A stretch of 64,000 nt of DNA, from NCBI GenBank assembly GCA_021809545.1, contig JAKAYL010000002.1, forward strand, positions 78,411 to 142,410, written 5' to 3'. Below are positions 59,401-64,000 of the stretch, piece after piece. The stretch comes from Thermoplasmata archaeon. GTDB taxonomy: Archaea > Thermoplasmatota > Thermoplasmata > Lutacidiplasmatales > UBA184. Made by a program: the position numbers and the translations under genes. Numbering within the stretch: position 1 is the first letter of the stretch; every line of letters begins with the position of its first letter. The notes below the pieces were generated by a model. The model was given only the letters and a program-made list of their open reading frames with translations, was not told the origin of the DNA and searched no databases.

Positions 59401-62400
59401 TCACGCCCTCGTCCCGTAGCTCTGGATGAAGCTTTGCGCCCATTCCAGCGTTTCCGGGGTGATCGAGGACTTCGTCCTGCCAATAGCCTCGAGCAGGTTC
59501 GCCATCTTCACTCCGATGACCTTCTTCGCGCCGGCCGGAGCACCCTTCTCCAGGAAGTCCCGGAGCTGGGAGGTCGCGGGCGAGGAGCGGCCTTCGAACC
59601 GGTCGGCCTGGGCGGCCTCCTGCCGGAGCTGCTCTCTCAGCGCGATGAGCTTCGCCTCGTCGACGATGCTCGCGATGTCCGCGCCCGAGTACCCCTCGGT
59701 GCCGAGGGAGAGGAGGTCGACGTCGACCTCACCGTCGAGGGGGATGCCCTTCAGCTGGATCCGGAAGATGTCCGCGCGTGCCTTGAGGTCGGGTGGGGGC
59801 ACGTAGAAGATCTTGTCGAACCGGCCCGGCCGTAGGAGGGCGGGGTCCAGGATCTGCGGCCGGTTGGTCGTGGCCACGATGATGACCCGGTCCTTGGGTT
59901 TGATCCCATCCATCTCGGTCAGGAACTGACTGACGGCCCGGGAAACCTCCGGCGTCTTCATGGAGTCCTTGCTGGCCAACGCATCGATTTCATCGAAGAA
60001 GACGATGCTCGGGGAGTTCTCACGCGCCCGGTAGAGGATGTCGCGCACGGCGGCTTCGCTCTGACCGGCCAGGGCGCTCACGAGCTCAGGCCCGTTCACG
60101 ATCTGGATGGGCACGTTGAGTTCGTTCGAGGCGGCCCGCATGATGTGGGTCTTTCCGCACCCGGGCGGACCGAAGAGCAGGATGCCCCGGCCCGTCTTGA
60201 GCTTGTACTCCTCCATGAGCTCGGGCTTGGTCAGCGGGAGTTCGACGTACTCCCGGAGCGCCTTCTTGACGTCCTCCAGGCCTCCGACATCGTCCCACTT
60301 GACGACGACCTTCCGCTCGGCCCGCTGGACCTGGTGCATCTTCCGCTCGAAGTCGAGTTTCATCCGCTCGTACTCCTCGATCATCCGCAGGCTGATCGAC
60401 GGCTTGATGCGGGGCAGAATGGTCCGGAAGTCCTCCATCGCGATGAGGGAGGGGGCCCCGGTCATCATCGAGCGCTTCATGGCCATGGTGGCGGCTTCGC
60501 GCACCAGGTTCGCAAGGTCGGCGCCGGAGAACCGCTCCGTCTTCTTCGCGATCTCCGGGAGCTCGATGTCGGGCGCGACCGGCTTCCCGAAGAGGTGGAC
60601 CTTGATGACGTCCGTCCGCTCATTGAAGTCGGGCGGGGGCACGTAGATGATCTTGTCGAGCCGCCCCGGACGCATCATGGCCGGGTCGATCATCTCCGGT
60701 TTGTTCGTGGTGGCGACCACGATGACCCCGGAGGACTTGTCGAGACCGTCCATGTCCGAGAGCATGATGGACAGAAGACGAGGGGACACATCGTCAGCGC
60801 TGTAGAGGTCGCGGCGCTTGGCGAGCGCATCGACTTCATCCATGAACAGGATGCACGGCGCCCGCTCCTTGGCCGTCTTGAAGAGCTCGGCGACCTTGTT
60901 TTCGGACTCACCGTACCACTTGCTCATCAGGTCCGAGCACTTGACGGAGATCATCTCGACCCCGAGCTCGTTGGCCAGGGCCTTCATGAGCATGGTCTTC
61001 CCGCATCCGGGAGGCCCGAAGAGCAGGATCCCCTTGGGGGGCTCCAGCCCGAAGCGGCTGGTGACATCCTTCCGCATCAGCGGGATGATCATGGACTCCT
61101 TGATGTCGGCCTTGACATCGCCCAGGCCCCCGACCATTTCAAAGGTGGTCTTGGCGAGCCCCTTCATCTCGCTGACCCGCGTTCCGACCGCGGCGCCTCC
61201 GAGCTTGCTGGTGAAGTAGCCCTGGAAGTCCTCCCGGACGATCATCGAGCCCGCGGTGATGGCGAGCGTGGCGGGGATGATGAGGACGATCGTCAACGCG
61301 TAGAAGGAGAGGTCCCCGAAGGCCGAGAGGGCCGCAAGGGCACCGAGGGCGATGGCTCCGCCACCCACACCGGAGTTCATGATCCAGCGGTTCATGGTCA
61401 TCTTGGTGCGGTCGGCCACGATCTCACGGGAGAGCGAGCAGGCAATGCACCAGGTGACGATCCCCACCAGGCTCCAGATGAGGGCGCTCAGCCCCTGGCT
61501 GCCGACGGAGAGCACGGTCATGTTGGGGGCGGTCAGGTTTCCGAGGGCGGTCCCGAAGTTGAGCGGGGACCACATCCACATGGTGGGCTTCAGTGGTTCG
61601 ATGTGTCCGTTCACGAGAGTGGGAGTACCGTTGGCCGACGGCCCGACGAGCCATCCCAACAACGGGAGGTTCCCGAGAGTGACGAACAGGGACACCAGGA
61701 GTCCTCCGGCGATGGCCACCCCGATCCCGAGCAGAAGCGAGAAGACCATGGCGAGGAAGATTGGGGCCACGAACGAGAGCCCGTAGGGAGCGAGACCCAG
61801 GACGAAGAGTGCGCCCATGCCGATCCTCCAGTCAAAGAGGGAAGCCCCCAAGAGCGGGATGAGGGGGAGGAGCAGGACAAGGGCCAGTTCCGGTGACTGG
61901 TATCCCACCTCCGCCAAAAAGAGCACACCCAGCACTAAGAGCGAGAGCTGCGGATACCTGCTCGAAAGCATGGCCAACACGATCGAGAAGATCAGCACGA
62001 TCCACCAGGGGTAGAAGGGCAGGAAGACCAGGACGAGGAGCGAGAGGATGAAGAAGAGACCGATAACGAGGCCGTGGGGGTCCCTCACGGACTCCTTGAA
62101 GAACTTCTTCAGCTTGTCCGGGTACGAGTAGGAGATGAAGAGGGTCAGGCCTCCGACGATGGCGAGGAAGATCCCAAGTCCCCCGTAGAGCGGAGCAATG
62201 CCGTAGAAGCTCGGCTGCATGTAGGCCGGGTCGATAGCATAGGCCTGGGGCCCCGTGTAGCCGTTCGCGTTGGCGCTGTTCGCTGCGTTCCAGTCGGCGT
62301 CCAGCGCGACGTAGCTGGCATTGCTGCCAGGCTGGTTCCCCTGGACCACGGTGAAGGTCAGTGTGATGCTGTCCCCAGCGTGGTAGACGTTGGCGATGTT

Positions 62401-63102
62401 ACCCTGGAAGGTACCGAAGGTGTGGTTGGCGATCTGCCCGGCGGGGTTCTGGTTGGCATAGTTGATGGTGGCATACTCCACCTGGGTAACCCCGGCCGTA
62501 GAATTGTAGTAGATCCAACTGATCTGATCGTTGATGACGATGGTCTGTCCCGGTTGCACGTTCTGGGTCAGGTTGACGAAGGAGTTGGCGGGGTTTCCGC
62601 TGATCTCCGCCCCGCTCGTCCCGAGGAAGGAAGCGGCCTGCTGCGTCCCAACCACGAAGTTGTAGCCGACGACGACCACGAGCCCCGCGATGATGAGCGC
62701 AAAGCCGACGGCGAAGAAGGTCATCTCCTCCTTGGACATCCCGAACTTCTTCGGGGGAGGCCGACGGGGAGCGGGGGGACCCCCGCGGGGAGGGATGGCG
62801 AGGGGCGGGCCCCGTCCGGGAGGATAGGGAGGGCGAGGGGCTCCCGGAGCCATGGCCGGAGCCGGACCGCCGGGCCGCAGGGGAACGGGCCGGTAGCCGG
62901 GGCGGGCGCCTGGGCCGGGTCTCGGAGGAGGAACCCCTGCCGGGGCCCCACCGGGGGGACCCTGCAGAGGGTAGAATCCCCCGTACATGGAGGCATAGGG
63001 ATTGCCACCCTGTGGGGGCGGAGGCGGGTGCATGGGTCGAGGCTGCCATCCCTGCGGCGGGCGCGGTCTCTTGTTCGGATCCTGTGGTGGCTGTCCGCTC
63101 AT
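59401..63102 (-). CDS. polytopic-membrane-anchored Cdc48/VCP-type double AAA+ ATPase
   Basis: Single 1233-codon frame. aa 1-120 Pro-rich; TM FFAVGFALIIAGLVVVVGY; ~170-aa N-x-S/T-rich domain; ~11 further TM helices. Then D1 (GILLFGPPGCGKT, ILFMDEVD, TTNKPEMIDPAMMRPGRLD) and D2 (GILLFGPPGCGKT, IVFFDEID, TTNRPQILDPALLRPGRFD). Confidence 0.9.
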   Translation of the reverse strand: MSGQPPQDPNKRPRPPQGWQPRPMHPPPPPQGGNPYASMYGGFYPLQGPPGGAPAGVPPPRPGPGARPGYRPVPLRPGGPAPAMAPGAPRPPYPPGRGPPLAIPPRGGPPAPRRPPPKKFGMSKEEMTFFAVGFALIIAGLVVVVGYNFVVGTQQAASFLGTSGAEISGNPANSFVNLTQNVQPGQTIVINDQISWIYYNSTAGVTQVEYATINYANQNPAGQIANHTFGTFQGNIANVYHAGDSITLTFTVVQGNQPGSNASYVALDADWNAANSANANGYTGPQAYAIDPAYMQPSFYGIAPLYGGLGIFLAIVGGLTLFISYSYPDKLKKFFKESVRDPHGLVIGLFFILSLLVLVFLPFYPWWIVLIFSIVLAMLSSRYPQLSLLVLGVLFLAEVGYQSPELALVLLLPLIPLLGASLFDWRIGMGALFVLGLAPYGLSFVAPIFLAMVFSLLLGIGVAIAGGLLVSLFVTLGNLPLLGWLVGPSANGTPTLVNGHIEPLKPTMWMWSPLNFGTALGNLTAPNMTVLSVGSQGLSALIWSLVGIVTWCIACSLSREIVADRTKMTMNRWIMNSGVGGGAIALGALAALSAFGDLSFYALTIVLIIPATLAITAGSMIVREDFQGYFTSKLGGAAVGTRVSEMKGLAKTTFEMVGGLGDVKADIKESMIIPLMRKDVTSRFGLEPPKGILLFGPPGCGKTMLMKALANELGVEMISVKCSDLMSKWYGESENKVAELFKTAKERAPCILFMDEVDALAKRRDLYSADDVSPRLLSIMLSDMDGLDKSSGVIVVATTNKPEMIDPAMMRPGRLDKIIYVPPPDFNERTDVIKVHLFGKPVAPDIELPEIAKKTERFSGADLANLVREAATMAMKRSMMTGAPSLIAMEDFRTILPRIKPSISLRMIEEYERMKLDFERKMHQVQRAERKVVVKWDDVGGLEDVKKALREYVELPLTKPELMEEYKLKTGRGILLFGPPGCGKTHIMRAASNELNVPIQIVNGPELVSALAGQSEAAVRDILYRARENSPSIVFFDEIDALASKDSMKTPEVSRAVSQFLTEMDGIKPKDRVIIVATTNRPQILDPALLRPGRFDKIFYVPPPDLKARADIFRIQLKGIPLDGEVDVDLLSLGTEGYSGADIASIVDEAKLIALREQLRQEAAQADRFEGRSSPATSQLRDFLEKGAPAGAKKVIGVKMANLLEAIGRTKSSITPETLEWAQSFIQSYGTRA

Positions 63103-63148
63103 TGGCTCTGTTCCCCCTGCATTCGCATTCTCCTCATGAAAAGGATCG

Positions 63149-64000
63149 TCATAGGGTCACCCGCTTCTCCTCAGCTTCGGCCTTTCGGCGGATCTCCTGC
63201 CAGAGCAGGTAGATCGGTCCCACAATGGCCGTGGCCAGAATCATCCCCACGATCACGGCCGGAGGGAAGGGGAAGACACTCTGGGAATAGACCGGCGGCA
63301 CCGTGTGATGGCTGTTGAAGTAGAAGGTGAGGGTCTTGTTGGACGTGGCCGTCAACTGATACTGTACGAATTGCGTCTGGCCGTCCCAAACGACCGTCAC
63401 GTTGTAGGTCTGATTGAGGCGCAGATAGACGGGGAAGTTGGACGCAGAAGCGTTAGGATAAGCGAATCCGAGGGCGTTGGTCGAGGTGTTGTCGACCCAC
63501 GTGTGATTGGCGAACTGGACGCGGGCGCCCGAGACATAGGAATGCGTCCCCAGGTCATAGGCCACGACATAGAAGTACGTCCGCCCGTTGACGATGGCGG
63601 GCGGCGCGGGGGACGTGTGGAACGTGTACTGCCTCGAGGTGATGGAACAGCGCAGGTTGTCGAACGCCTCGACCCAGAAGGTGATCGTAGAGCCCGGCTG
63701 GAACGGGCCGAAGGGAGGATGGGTGATCGAGTTGAAATTGTCGCCGGTGTACTGCGTGGTGGCGTTCGCCCGGTACATCGGCATCGTGCTCACGCTGCCC
63801 CCGTTGGACTGACCCTTGACGACCTCGCGGAAGTGCAGGTAGGCATAGGCGATGGTCGTGTTCGCAAAGTTGCTCTCGACGGAAACGTTCACCGGCTGGC
63901 CCGCGGGGACGACCGAATTGTTCTGGGCCGTGATGTTGGAGTAGGGGGCCGTGGACAAGCTCAGGAAGTGGTAGAAGGTGTAGTTCGTATTGCACCAGGT
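63149..64000 (-). CDS. secreted beta-rich protein rich in N-x-S/T sequons, with C-terminal TM anchor (N-terminus beyond window)
   Basis: The frame is open to the window edge; the track's 63958 'start' is an internal TTG and no stop lies upstream. Many N-x-S/T sequons, TM VIVGMILATAIVGPIYLLW, and tail EIRRKAEAEEKRVTL. Confidence 0.65.
   Translation of the reverse strand, partial: TWCNTNYTFYHFLSLSTAPYSNITAQNNSVVPAGQPVNVSVESNFANTTIAYAYLHFREVVKGQSNGGSVSTMPMYRANATTQYTGDNFNSITHPPFGPFQPGSTITFWVEAFDNLRCSITSRQYTFHTSPAPPAIVNGRTYFYVVAYDLGTHSYVSGARVQFANHTWVDNTSTNALGFAYPNASASNFPVYLRLNQTYNVTVVWDGQTQFVQYQLTATSNKTLTFYFNSHHTVPPVYSQSVFPFPPAVIVGMILATAIVGPIYLLWQEIRRKAEAEEKRVTL

Noticed and set aside
60145-61896. 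583-aa plus-strand ORF antisense to the membrane AAA+ gene
   Set aside because: Low-complexity Gly/Asp/Glu/Arg/His translation. The opposite strand carries Walker A/B motifs and TM helices.
1-64000. CRISPR arrays, rRNA genes, IS elements, transposases, integrases, toxin-antitoxin pairs and restriction-modification genes
   Set aside because: I looked for regularly spaced direct repeats, rRNA-like conserved blocks, DDE/tyrosine-recombinase motifs and small paired ORFs. I found none that I could support.

Overview
GC-rich (about two-thirds G+C by eye, not computed) archaeal chromosomal segment. Archaeal markers: rpoP, type II GAPDH, ThrRS with the archaeal N-terminal editing domain, a Dph6-like PP-loop enzyme, DUF99, FlaI/FlaJ-type filament genes, Cdc48-type AAA+, tRNAs without encoded CCA, and TATA-like boxes 22-33 nt upstream of start codons. 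I call about 58 protein genes and 2 tRNAs (Val-GAC, Gly-GCC). I saw no rRNA, CRISPR array, transposase or integrase. Housekeeping genes: valS, thrS, lysS (class II type), carA-carB, purS-purL, truA, gap, alaX, cyclophilin, thioredoxin, acyl-CoA dehydrogenase, a Cys/Met PLP enzyme and an ABC transporter. Because of the GC content, nearly every real gene has a long stop-free antisense or off-frame ORF in the track; I rejected these on composition (Arg/Gly/Pro/Asp-rich, no motifs). Regions that deserve a second look: (1) 59401-63102, a Cdc48/VCP-type double AAA+ ATPase whose N domain is replaced by a Pro-rich segment, an extracytoplasmic domain and about 12 TM helices, in an apparent operon with a membrane-anchored secreted protein rich in N-glycosylation sequons and a 4-TM protein. 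(2) 1-8979, an eight-gene Tad/archaellum-like type IV filament operon with unusual accessory genes. (3) 47.4-50.1 kb next to tRNA-Gly, three zinc-ribbon-saturated proteins, one a Cys-rich/DUF2795-like/SPFH(YdjI-like)/double-zinc-ribbon fusion. (4) 19554-21934, a translationally coupled ChlD-like VWA protein (degenerate MIDAS, no AAA+ partner) and an oversized YkgJ-type Cys-cluster protein. (5) thrS, whose conserved N-terminus has no in-frame start codon; the promoter-predicted GTG is one nucleotide out of frame across a C4 run. All functional calls rest on motif and architecture recognition by eye; no database search was run.
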